From NCBI GenBank assembly GCA_963665235.2, contig CAXXLX010000001.1, positions 2,304,001 to 2,368,000 of the forward strand: DNA of 64,000 nucleotides. Direction: 5' to 3'. The notes under the pieces are model-generated. The model was not told the DNA's origin and searched no databases. It was given only the letters and a program-made list of their open reading frames with translations. This stretch comes from Candidatus Poribacteria bacterium. GTDB taxonomy: Bacteria > Poribacteria > WGA-4E > WGA-3G. Positions 9,102-18,958 of the stretch are shown here, in pieces. The stretch's first letter is position 1, and every line of letters begins with the position of its first letter. The position numbers and the translations under genes were made by a program.

Positions 9102-10307
9102 ATGAAAAACTTCTTAATCATACCACTGATTATCGCCCTATTCGTCAGTTTCGGTTGTGGTACGGAACGGAAAGGTCCCACCCATCTGTCGGTAGGGAAA
9201 GATAAACTGATTAATAGCGGGCTGGCTTTCGAAGCCGTTAAACTTCTCAAGAAGGCGGAACAGGAGGAGGCGGATAAAATAGAATCGCGCGCCTTGCTTA
9301 TTATAGCATATTCACACGGACTGGCGACAGGAGACGCAAGACAACAAGGCGTTGAAGCTGAATTCAAAAACCAAAAAGCCAAACGGATTAGGGAACTGAC
9401 AGAGATAGAGATGCGAAAAATGCTTGAAGTGCTCAAAACCCCCTCGCGCGTCCAAAAAAATGGACTACAGGCATTGGTAGAGAAGGGCCCAGATGCTGCC
9501 GTTCTGCTGGTAGATAGCCTCGCTAAAGGACGGTATCCAAAAATTCACACCGATTTTTACAAAATGCTAGGCGATATTGGCTCCAAAGCGATTGAACCGA
9601 TTTTAAAGCAGGTCGCCGACGTAACTACACCGCCTACGGTTCAAATTAAACTCATTCGCGTTATTGGCGATATCGGCGATAAAAAAGCAATTGAACCGTT
9701 AAAAGCTTTACACATCGAAAATATGGACGCTGCGCTGAAAATGGAAATTAACACAACACTTTACCGACTCGGCGAGAAAAACTATAAAACCGTTATTCTC
9801 AAAGGCTTGCAAGCCGACGAGCTGACAGTCCGACGCGCCGCAGCAAAAGCCATGGCCAACCTCAGCAACGTCCCAGCAAAAACCCTCATCGCAGGACTTC
9901 AGGACAGTGATACAACCGTCGTCACTGACATCGCAATAGCCTTAGAAAAACACAAAACCAAGGATGCAGTCAACCCATTGGTGGACATTCTCACCAGTGA
10001 CCATGGCGAAGCAGCAAAAAAGGCCGCCCTAAATACCCTTACCGTTTACGTCGATAACAAACTCACCAAAGGGTTAGGGTTAGCGAGCCGCATTTCACAG
10101 CTGATTATCGACCAAAAAGTTAGCGATGCCAATGACCGGTTGCGACTTATCAAATTTCTTAAGCACCCGGCGATGCTGAGGCAGCTGAGAATCGCAAAAT
10201 TACAAAGCGATGACCCAAGCTACAAACTCTATGAGTACACCCGAGACGTTGAGACTAATGACCTAGTCAAAACCGCATTGAATGAACTCATCGACCGCAT
10301 CAAATAA
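9102..10307 (+). CDS. HEAT-repeat lipoprotein
   Basis: Lipobox-like VSFGC; HEAT/PBS-like repeats (VRRAAAKAM, AVNPLVDIL). Confidence 0.8.
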   Translation: MKNFLIIPLIIALFVSFGCGTERKGPTHLSVGKDKLINSGLAFEAVKLLKKAEQEEADKIESRALLIIAYSHGLATGDARQQGVEAEFKNQKAKRIRELTEIEMRKMLEVLKTPSRVQKNGLQALVEKGPDAAVLLVDSLAKGRYPKIHTDFYKMLGDIGSKAIEPILKQVADVTTPPTVQIKLIRVIGDIGDKKAIEPLKALHIENMDAALKMEINTTLYRLGEKNYKTVILKGLQADELTVRRAAAKAMANLSNVPAKTLIAGLQDSDTTVVTDIAIALEKHKTKDAVNPLVDILTSDHGEAAKKAALNTLTVYVDNKLTKGLGLASRISQLIIDQKVSDANDRLRLIKFLKHPAMLRQLRIAKLQSDDPSYKLYEYTRDVETNDLVKTALNELIDRIK

Positions 10308-10563
10308 AGGCAGACTTGTAGAGCGGGATAATCGTAAAACTTAGCACCCGACTACGAAACACAGACAAACCCGGCGAAAGCAGAAACGGACGATGTCAAT
10401 TAATTTAATTTTAAAAATGTCTTGACACAAAAACGGATCTGTTTTATCATAATTTCTAAATTCTAAACTTCCCTCGGTTTGCGGGGGACAAATCCTTAGC
10501 CCCAACACGGCTAAATTTCGCATTTATACTGAATTGACAGACATAGGAGAAGACGAACGGGAC

Positions 10564-11760
10564 ATGAAAAAACTTTTTTTAACGATATGCCTAATCGGAC
10601 TATGGGTTGTGTCGTTTGGATGTAACCAGGACCAGGTCATTTCCCAACTTGAAGTTGGCAAAGGCAAACTACTCGGTATGGGGCTCTCAATTGAAGCCGT
10701 TAATCACCTCAAACGAGCCGAACAGGAAGAGGTAAATAAGGTAGAACCTCGGGCTCTACTACTCATTGCCTATAGCAACGCCCTTTCAACCGACATGGCA
10801 AAAAGCTATAACCTCGAAGCGGAATACCGAAGCGAACGCACCCGACGAATTGACGAATTGAGTAAAACAGAGATAAAGAAAATTCTTCAAATTCTCAATG
10901 AACGCCACCGCATCCAAAAGGATGCCATACAAATTCTAATCGACAAAGGCGAAGACGCTATTCCACTCATCTTGGAAGCACTCCACAAAACCAGCTATAA
11001 AGACCTAGAACCGACACTCCTAGAAATTCTACGGCAAATCGGCTCTAAAGGACTCGACCAACTCTTTGCCGCAATTAGTGACACACAAACATCGCCCATC
11101 GTTAGAATTAATTTAATTCGCGTTATCGGCGCAATCGGCGATACGATAGCTGTCAAACAACTTGAATCGCTTCAACAGGCAATGTCCGATGCAATTGTGA
11201 ATGTAGAACTGAACGCCGCGCTCTATAAACTCGGAAAGGAAACGGTCAAAACCGAAATCCTCCAAGGGTTAAGCGCAAAACACGCCGAGGTACGACAAGC
11301 CGCAGCAAATGCTATGAACGAACTTAACGAAGTGCATACAGCAATCTTAATCCAGATGCTACAGGACCCAAATGACACTGTCCGCATGAACATCGCTAAA
11401 GCACTCCAAAAACATTGTGATGCAGAGGCTGTCAACCCACTCGTTAAAACCCTTTACAATGACTCAAGTTGGCACACAAAGAAAATTGCTAGCGAAACCT
11501 TAAAACTTTATGCCGAAAAGGGACTCGCAGATAAACTCGCCAATCAACTCATCGCGATGCTGATAGCACAACAAATCGCTGAATATGAGGACCGACTCCG
11601 TATCGTTCAACTCCTCAGAAAGCCAGTAGTGCTAAAACAGATTCAAGCTGCAGACCCTTATGACAATCTGCCACATAAACTGGACGATTACTACAGAACC
11701 CAGGAAACCAACACGATGGTCAAGGAAGAACTTAGCAACCTTCTCCTCAAACTTGAATAG
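10564..11760 (+). CDS. HEAT-repeat lipoprotein, tandem paralog of 9102-10307
   Basis: VSFGC; shared RALL.IAYS, LIRVIG.IGD, AVNPLV, DRLR motifs. Confidence 0.8.
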   Translation: MKKLFLTICLIGLWVVSFGCNQDQVISQLEVGKGKLLGMGLSIEAVNHLKRAEQEEVNKVEPRALLLIAYSNALSTDMAKSYNLEAEYRSERTRRIDELSKTEIKKILQILNERHRIQKDAIQILIDKGEDAIPLILEALHKTSYKDLEPTLLEILRQIGSKGLDQLFAAISDTQTSPIVRINLIRVIGAIGDTIAVKQLESLQQAMSDAIVNVELNAALYKLGKETVKTEILQGLSAKHAEVRQAAANAMNELNEVHTAILIQMLQDPNDTVRMNIAKALQKHCDAEAVNPLVKTLYNDSSWHTKKIASETLKLYAEKGLADKLANQLIAMLIAQQIAEYEDRLRIVQLLRKPVVLKQIQAADPYDNLPHKLDDYYRTQETNTMVKEELSNLLLKLE

Positions 11761-11817
11761 AATGGGAGCACGAACCTTCGGAGAATGCCTACTCCCTTCA
11801 CAAAAGGATGTAAGTCT

Positions 11818-12989
11818 ATGTTAAACTATCCAGACGACATCAGGATTACCAAAATTGAGCAGGTCACAATAGAAATCGACCAGCCCGCCATCGGTTGCAA
11901 CTCGGGAGCTAAAGAAATCCGACAACCGGACCCCAACGGAAAATGGCGCGAACGCATTACCCGCATCTATACCGACGATGGCACGCTCGGCTGGGGACCA
12001 ACAAGCTGGGGCACCACCACCCCAGAGGAGGCACAAGGCGCACTCAATAAAAACCCTTTCGACCTCTTAACACCTGAAACCGGGGTCGTCACTGAATTTC
12101 GAGGACTTAAAGTGCTTTATGGGACACTATCGGAAAAATAGTAGGGAAACCTGCCTATCAACTCATCGGAACCGAGGTATATGACGAACCGCTGCGTGCT
12201 TACGACAGCACTATCTATTTCAATGACCTCCTTTATGAGACGAAAGCGGAAGGACTCAAACGGATTGAAGACGATGTTAAAAGCAGCCTCGCCAACGGGT
12301 TTGTCGCCTGCAAGATGAAAATCGGACGCGGAAATCACCTCATGGAACGCACAGCCGGACTACACCGAGACATAGAACTCGTCCGACTGGCACGCGCCAC
12401 TGCCGGAGAAACGTTCAATATCCTCGTCGATGCCAACAACGCATACACCTACGACGAAACCATCACCTTCCTTAACGAAACAAGCGACTGCAACGTCTTT
12501 TGGATTGAGGAAATGTTCGAAGAAGAGGTCGAACTATACCGTAACCTGAAAACCTTTATCCAGGAGAACGGGCTAAAAACACTAATTGCCGATGGTGAAA
12601 CCCGGACCCGAGCCCCGCTCGAATTCTACGACCCCTTTTTCGAAGCAGGTGTACTTGATGTCATACAGCACGATATGAAGGGACTCGGCGTTACCGGATG
12701 GCGACACCTCTCCGAAATGGCAGCCGCCCACAAGGTCCACTGCGCCCCACATAACTGGGGCTCGCTGCTCGGATTCTATCTCAGCCTCCAATTCGGCAAA
12801 ACCATCCCGCATTTCCTTTATGGCGAAGTCGCAACACTTAATAGCGATGTCGTCGATACATCCGCTTACGGTTTTACCGATGGACACTTCACAGTACCGG
12901 ATTTGCCCGGCCTCGGTTTGGAATTGAATAAAACCGTTTACGATGCCCGATACGCAGGCAATGAAGATTGGACAATTGAAAACGATTAG
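11818..12989 (+). pseudogene. mandelate racemase/enolase-superfamily gene split by a 1-bp frameshift near 12110
   Basis: Shifted frame gives SALWDTIGKIVGKPAYQLIG, continuing to KMKIG, VDAN, WIEE, PGLG; could be a sequencing error. Confidence 0.8.
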
Positions 12990-13072
12990 ACACCCCACGG
13001 ATTCCCGTTTCTGAGGAAATATACACATCTATAATCTGTCCAACTAAATGGCCCTAGTGCAGGAATAGATAT

Positions 13073-14224
13073 ATGGCGAAAGACGATTTTCAGGAAAAAA
13101 TCCTTAGCAAACCGCAAGGAAATATCAAAATTTTAGTTGCAATGAGTGGCGGTGTTGACAGCTCCGTCACTGCCGCGATGATGGTCGAAGCAGGATACGA
13201 CGTTACAGGTATCACCATGCGCCTCGGCGCACCGGATACAATTGAGGTCGAACCCGAAAGACCCAACTGTTGCTCCCTCGAAGGCATTGAGGACGCACGG
13301 CGCGTCGCCACGCAACTCAATATTCCTTTTTACGGTGTCAACTACGAGGATATTTTTCAAGAACAGATTATCGACTATTTTGTCGCAGAATACCTCGACG
13401 GCCGGACACCAAGCCCATGTATGGTATGTAACCGAGAACTCAAATTTGGCAGACTTCTCGACCTTGCCAAAACATTGGAGTGTGAGGCCATCGCCACTGG
13501 ACATTATGCGCGCGTTGAGCAACATCCAGAAACGGGACGTTATCTCCTACGCAAAGCACTCGATATTAGCAAAGACCAATCCTATTTCCTCGCCGGGCTT
13601 ACCCAAGAGCAATTACAACGTGCCATGATGCCCCTCGGTGAATACACAAAAGCCGAAGTCCGAGACCTTGCACGAAAGTACCAATTACGCACCGCCGAAA
13701 AGATTGAAAGCCAAGAGCTCTGTTTCGTCGCCGATACCAACTATAGACGTTTCCTCAAAGACAGAGTCCCTGAGAAAATTCAGGGCGGCGATATTGTAGA
13801 CGAAAAAGGCAACGTCCTTGGTAAACATGATGGGGTACCATTTTATACCATCGGACAGCGGCGCGGGCTCGGCATTGCAGTCGGAAAACCGCTTTATGTG
13901 ACAAAACTCAACGCAGCTGAAAACACTGTCACCGTAGGTGACCCGGATGACCTATTAGATGATACCATGTACGTTGAACGTCTCAACCTCATCGCGATAG
14001 AGAAATTGACGGAGCCAATTCGGGCGCATGTCAAAATCCGTTCCAGGGATGTAGGCGGGCCCGCAACAATCGCGCCTATCGGCGACACAGAGGCACTCGT
14101 CACTTTTGATGAACCGCGCCGCGCAATCACCCCCGGACAAGCCACCGTCTTTTACGATGGCGAATACGTCCTCGGCGGCGGTTGGATTGTAGGGGCACGC
14201 GATTTAGAAGCAGCCCCCAAATAG
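13073..14224 (+). CDS. mnmA: tRNA 2-thiouridylase
   Basis: AMSGGVDS, PSPCMVCN, ATGHY, KDQSYF, TIGQRRGL, TPGQ. Confidence 0.98.
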   Translation: MAKDDFQEKILSKPQGNIKILVAMSGGVDSSVTAAMMVEAGYDVTGITMRLGAPDTIEVEPERPNCCSLEGIEDARRVATQLNIPFYGVNYEDIFQEQIIDYFVAEYLDGRTPSPCMVCNRELKFGRLLDLAKTLECEAIATGHYARVEQHPETGRYLLRKALDISKDQSYFLAGLTQEQLQRAMMPLGEYTKAEVRDLARKYQLRTAEKIESQELCFVADTNYRRFLKDRVPEKIQGGDIVDEKGNVLGKHDGVPFYTIGQRRGLGIAVGKPLYVTKLNAAENTVTVGDPDDLLDDTMYVERLNLIAIEKLTEPIRAHVKIRSRDVGGPATIAPIGDTEALVTFDEPRRAITPGQATVFYDGEYVLGGGWIVGARDLEAAPK

Positions 14225-14237
14225 GAGGACAATCCGA

Positions 14238-14849
14238 ATGCAAGAAAACCCATATAACACGGTCGGAAACCTACCGGAGCTGCCTAACGCTGAAAACTTC
14301 AACAAAGTGCTCAAACGGTATCTGATAAAATTCGGCATTGTGTACACAATTTTAATATGCTTAATATCCACCATTGCTGTTTGCATCACCGAACCCAAGT
14401 GGCAATTTTCACAGTGGCTTATCTCCCTGTTTCTGGACACAGGCGCGCTGTTCGATGGTAAAACGATAAGTTACGGGGTATTTTCTATAGGTATGAACCT
14501 CCATGGCATTATCGTTGCCTGTATAAATGGAATTGGAGCATTTGCTTTCGGTATGCTCACTTGCGGAATTATTACTATCGGTCTAATTGCAGGAGGTGTT
14601 GTTGCTATTGGAGGCAATGTAGTTGGTATTATTGCTATCGGTCTAAATGCTGTGGGAGTTGTTGCTATTGGGTGCAATGCAGTGGGTATTATTGCTATTG
14701 GATACAACGCCTGTGGTGTCTACACGTTCTCTTACTCACAGAGAAGCAGAGGCAAATATCTATTTGCACCGCACCGCCAAGATGCCAAAGCGGTTGTCTT
14801 CTTTACAAAGTGGTTTCCGAAATTGATTAAATCGCCACCTACGGAATAA
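14238..14849 (+). CDS. membrane protein with 10-aa Gly-rich repeats
   Basis: (V/I)(V/I)AIGxN(A/V)(V/C)G repeated four times, encoded by 30-bp repeats. Confidence 0.75.
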   Translation: MQENPYNTVGNLPELPNAENFNKVLKRYLIKFGIVYTILICLISTIAVCITEPKWQFSQWLISLFLDTGALFDGKTISYGVFSIGMNLHGIIVACINGIGAFAFGMLTCGIITIGLIAGGVVAIGGNVVGIIAIGLNAVGVVAIGCNAVGIIAIGYNACGVYTFSYSQRSRGKYLFAPHRQDAKAVVFFTKWFPKLIKSPPTE

Positions 14850-14870
14850 TAGCACGTAAGGCACAAAAAA

Positions 14871-15791
14871 ATGAAGTCAAAACTCCTCTGCCTCCTCGGG
14901 CCTACAGCAGTCGGTAAAACAGAGATAGCGATTCAACTTGCACAACGGCTTAACGCTGAAATTGTCTCCGTCGATTCTCGCCAAATCTATCGGCAGATGG
15001 ACATCGGCACAGCGAAGCCTACTGCTGAAGAACAGCAAGCTGCGCGGCACCACCTCATAGATTGTGTTGACATAGACCAACCCTTCTCCGTTGCTGACTA
15101 TCAACGGTTGGCGGACACCGCGATTGCCAACATCCAAAGTAGAAACAAGCAGGTTTTGCTTGTTGGCGGTGCCGGGCTCTATTTTCGCGCAATCGTCGAC
15201 GGTTTGTTTGAGGGACCGGGGGCTGATACCACCCTCCGAAAACGGCTTGAGCAGGAAGCAGCACAACACGGTGTCCATGTCCTTCACGACCGCCTCCGCG
15301 ACTGTGACCCCGTATCTGCTGACCGAATTCATCCAAACAATGTCGTTCGCGTCGTCCGTGCCTTGGAGGTCTACGAATTGACAGGCGTTCCGATGTCTCA
15401 ACACCAGCAGGAGTGGCATCAGGAGAAACAACGTTATCCGTTTACCGCCTTTGGGTTAACAATGCCACGCGAGCAGCTTTACCAACGCATAGAACGCCGC
15501 GTAGATGTAATGCTTGAAAAAGGGTTGATAGCAGAGGTTGAATCGTTGCTCAAAGCGGGATATGCACGGGATACCACCGCTCTCCAAAGTTTTGGTTACA
15601 AAGAATTAATTGCATATATAGATGGAAACTGTACATATCCTGAGGCGGTTTCGCAATTGAAGCAAAACACACGACGGTTCGCTAAACGGCAGCTGACGTG
15701 GTTCCGCAAAGACAACCGTATTGCCTGGCTTGAGCGGACATCAACACCGGATGTTGTTACAGCACTGTTAGAGAAAATTGGGAAGGCTTAA
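14871..15791 (+). CDS. miaA: tRNA dimethylallyltransferase
   Basis: GPTAVGKT, DSRQIY, IGTAKP, RRFAKRQLTWF. Confidence 0.98.
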   Translation: MKSKLLCLLGPTAVGKTEIAIQLAQRLNAEIVSVDSRQIYRQMDIGTAKPTAEEQQAARHHLIDCVDIDQPFSVADYQRLADTAIANIQSRNKQVLLVGGAGLYFRAIVDGLFEGPGADTTLRKRLEQEAAQHGVHVLHDRLRDCDPVSADRIHPNNVVRVVRALEVYELTGVPMSQHQQEWHQEKQRYPFTAFGLTMPREQLYQRIERRVDVMLEKGLIAEVESLLKAGYARDTTALQSFGYKELIAYIDGNCTYPEAVSQLKQNTRRFAKRQLTWFRKDNRIAWLERTSTPDVVTALLEKIGKA

Positions 15792-15853
15792 TTTCTCTTA
15801 CAGAGGTTTTCGGGTGAGAGACATTAAGCCTTCATAAAAACACTTTGTGAGGC

Positions 15854-16966
15854 TTATTGGATGTTTATTTTTAATGGACACATATTGAACCGGGTCCATT
15901 GTAGAAAGATTCTACTCACTAAAATATGGCTTCCCTTCAGAAACACCTTGAGTTGTCCCCACTGCACAGGCTGCTTGCCGGCAGGCGACACCGCCAGGGG
16001 ACCACGGATCCAGTGAGGGTCAAAGTCCCCAGCCACATGTTTGGTTAGGTTTGTTAATTGGCGACTTTTCAGATCATAGCGATAGATGTCATAGTACGCT
16101 GTCTCGTCAGTCCAGTCTTCTTCCAACGATAAGAGCACTGTCCGGTCATCGCCCATCCAACAACTCCTCGAAGCGATTAACGTCTCTTTTGGGAATTCGT
16201 GTACCTCAAGATGTCCTGTCCGAAGATTCAGAATCATAAGACGCGTAGCAACTCTATCTTGTAGATTAGGCGTTCGTTCTGTTTCCCGATACATAATGTA
16301 TTTGCCTGATGGAGACCAACTCGGTGTGCTTAGAAAAAATGTTCCTGGTCGCGGGGAACTGACCCGCTTTTTCTTTGTGCCATCGGCATTCATAATCCAA
16401 ATGGTATTGCCATGAGGCCCCTCACGTTCATAAGCAAGCTGCTTGCTATCAGGTGACCAAGCCATACCGAAGGATGCAGCAACATCACCATCGTTCGTCA
16501 GCTGTTTCAGGGTCCCACTTTCTAAAGTGAAAACATAAATATGCCACTCTTCGCCGCGCACACTATTAAAAGCGATATGCTTACCGTCCGGAGACACCAT
16601 CGGCTCCCTATCTGTTGGATGGTTTTCCATAAACTTCTCCTCCTTACCACTTTTGACATCAAGAATATAAAACTCAGAATTCGCATTGTGAAGAAGTGGA
16701 TCCCCACGGGTCAAGTCTCTTTCAAACAGAATCTGTTTCCCATCCGGAAACCAACTCGGGTTTCGGTCGTAAAACGTTGAGTCTGTTATTCGCCGCACAT
16801 TGCTACCATCGTCTTCCATCACAAAGAGCTGGCGGGTTTCACCGTCTACACGTTTTGAAGTAAAAACGATTTCAGCTTGAGAGAGGATAGGAAAAAGCAG
16901 CAACAGGAAAATGAGCACCTTGATGTCAGCATAGCGGTATCGTCCAATGAAAAGGTTCTGTATCAT
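15854..16966 (-). CDS. TolB-like/PD40 beta-propeller protein with a VSPAGK..QWGQLK tail
   Basis: Signal peptide, IVFTSKR, repeated WSPDGK-type motifs, AVSPAGKQPVQWGQLK. Confidence 0.88.
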   Translation of the reverse strand: MIQNLFIGRYRYADIKVLIFLLLLFPILSQAEIVFTSKRVDGETRQLFVMEDDGSNVRRITDSTFYDRNPSWFPDGKQILFERDLTRGDPLLHNANSEFYILDVKSGKEEKFMENHPTDREPMVSPDGKHIAFNSVRGEEWHIYVFTLESGTLKQLTNDGDVAASFGMAWSPDSKQLAYEREGPHGNTIWIMNADGTKKKRVSSPRPGTFFLSTPSWSPSGKYIMYRETERTPNLQDRVATRLMILNLRTGHLEVHEFPKETLIASRSCWMGDDRTVLLSLEEDWTDETAYYDIYRYDLKSRQLTNLTKHVAGDFDPHWIRGPLAVSPAGKQPVQWGQLKVFLKGSHILVSRIFLQWTRFNMCPLKINIQ

Positions 16967-17035
16967 AGAACATCTCCTTTTGAGGAATACGGATGTTCCG
17001 ATGTGAAACATCCGCATTCACAAGAATTGAGGAAT

Positions 17036-17931
17036 TCACTTCCGATTTGTATGTGTAGCCTCGGCTTTTGCGGTCCATTCATCGTCATTCGCATCATCAC
17101 CTAAGTGATATGCTGCGACCTCAACATACATTTTGACTCTGAATGTATCACCGTCCTCCCAATTATTTGTGTGCAGCGTCATGGAAACGCTGTCGTGATG
17201 GACTTCAGAGGTTCCGGGTTTTACTATCGGGAATTTAATGTCTCCAGCACCATTAGGGCCTACCAGATACTGTATCACATCGGCATCCTCTCGCCCACCG
17301 CGGGGGTTTGGATTAATCCGTGCAACGTAATGCCCCGGCCAAAAACCGGTTCCTATATTCTTATTAGCCATAGGGTTAAAGACCCTTAAAAACGATGAAC
17401 CGACGGCTTCCCAATTGGACGTTCTTCCCGGTCGAGGAATCTCTTTCCAGGTCACCTGTGTGATTTCCGCCCAACCCCAACATCCCGTTATGGTCCCCTT
17501 GCTTTCGTCCACAAGAGGTTTATACACCGTTACGGTGTAGGATTTGGTATCTGAAAGCGTCTCACTGTGATCTTCTTGATCCCACGCTTTTGCCTTAATC
17601 TCGTACTTTTCGCCTTGTACGCTACCAGTGAGGTAAGTATAGAAAGAATCTTCAGTCGGCCCGTTTTCATCGCCCTCGTAACCGCCGGGGGTAACCTGAA
17701 CCAGATTCCCATTCACATACCAGTGAATGGTATAATAGGGTCTATCCGTTTTAAGATAAGATAAGTCCCATGGTACGCACCATAACCATAATCCCATGCT
17801 TCGGACGATGACCAATTTTCGGGTTCCATTTTCTCAATCTCAAGGGCATCTGTTATGCTCACAAAACTGAAGAGAAAGAGGACCATGCTCACACTTATGA
17901 CCAACCCTATTTTCAATGTGGATTTGTACAT
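17036..17931 (-). pseudogene. secreted protein (paralog of 58622-59398) frameshifted by a 5-bp tandem duplication
   Basis: ATG 17931 with AAGGAG and signal peptide; ATAAG doubled at 17756-17765; removing one copy gives ...YHGTYLKTDRPYY... in a single frame. Confidence 0.85.
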
Positions 17932-17971
17932 TTCTTTCTCCTTATGACACCCGCGTGGGGTATCTGTCTGT

Positions 17972-18003
17972 AGAAAAATCAACGTCCGGGACGTTGGTTT
18001 TCT
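17972..18003 (-). terminator. long hairpin in the leader of the 17931 gene (terminator-, attenuator- or REP-like)
   Basis: AGAAAAATCAACGTCC-G-GGACGTTGGTTTTCT; T-rich 3' end on both strands. Confidence 0.5.
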
Positions 18004-18151
18004 TTACCGCTTGTAAATTAACAGCGGATATGAAGGAAACGGACTTGATATCCGACCATTTCCAGTTTCGGATAAATGGGGCGTTCCTGAGTTCCATTAA
18101 CACGGTTGCTAATTGGGTTCAACAGAAACATCTTAACGTAATGAATATTCG

Positions 18152-18167
18152 TGCAAATTCCGTGCCA
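18152..18167 (-). promoter_or_regulatory. sigma54 (-24/-12) promoter
   Basis: Minus strand TGGCAC-GGAAT-TTGCA, exact consensus spacing. Confidence 0.85.
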
Positions 18168-18254
18168 ATTTCTGGAAAATACCGTGCTACTCCGAGAAGG
18201 CACTTACAGTGTAGCATCATCGCTCTTTCTGTCTTTCTAATAGCAAAATGTTAC

Positions 18255-18440
18255 TGTTCAGATTCTGGACAGACCTTTTTCATAATTTGGACATTTTCGC
18301 TGAATTTATAGCGAAATCTACAAATATCCACACATTGATAAACCCAGTGACAGTAGGCGATGATGGCATTTTTACTACCTGTTTTCCGCGATAAGGTGCT
18401 ACTGTCCAGATTCTGGACAACACTTGTCAAAATTTGAACA
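18255..18440. promoter_or_regulatory. two pairs of palindromic enhancer-like (UAS) sites
   Basis: TGTTCAGATTCTGGACA (18255) + TTTCATAATTTGGACA (18278); TGTCCAGATTCTGGACA (18403) + TGTCAAAATTTGAACA (18425). Confidence 0.7.
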
Positions 18441-18958
18441 CTCAAGGTTTATCAATTTGCGGTTTTCCAAATCATGGCGATAGGTATTTAAGAAAGATCA
18501 AGACTTACGCAGATTCGGGTTCATAGCGTAGATTTTCCAAACTATTTACACATCCCATTTGTCCATCCATTTACCCCATTTACGCACCATTTGACAAAAG
18601 CGTTATTTCATGGTATAATGTTCTAAAATAGGATCAAAAATCTAAGTTGCTCGGATGAAAGAGGCATTCGCTGCCTAATTCAACGCGAAACATCCCTTAA
18701 AATTTAAAGCATTCGGTTAGAAATATCCGCCGGTGTCGACCTCCGGACGTAAAGTAGGAAAAATAACTCAACCATCAACGCCGATGTCTCTATACCCGGC
18801 ATAACTTTGTAACAAGTTTCGATAGTTTGTGGTCACTACCCTTCGCGATATCTCGTTTTTACACAGCAATCCAAAAAAAGAAAAAATAGCTTGCTTTTAA
18901 TCCTTTTCTATAGTATCATAGTATCCATAAAGAAATATGTAGAAGGGAAAAATCACCT

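Noticed and set aside
14561-14830. Cys-rich 89-aa ORF (RiPP- or metallothionein-like)
   Set aside because: Alternative-frame shadow of the 30-bp repeats in 14238-14849.
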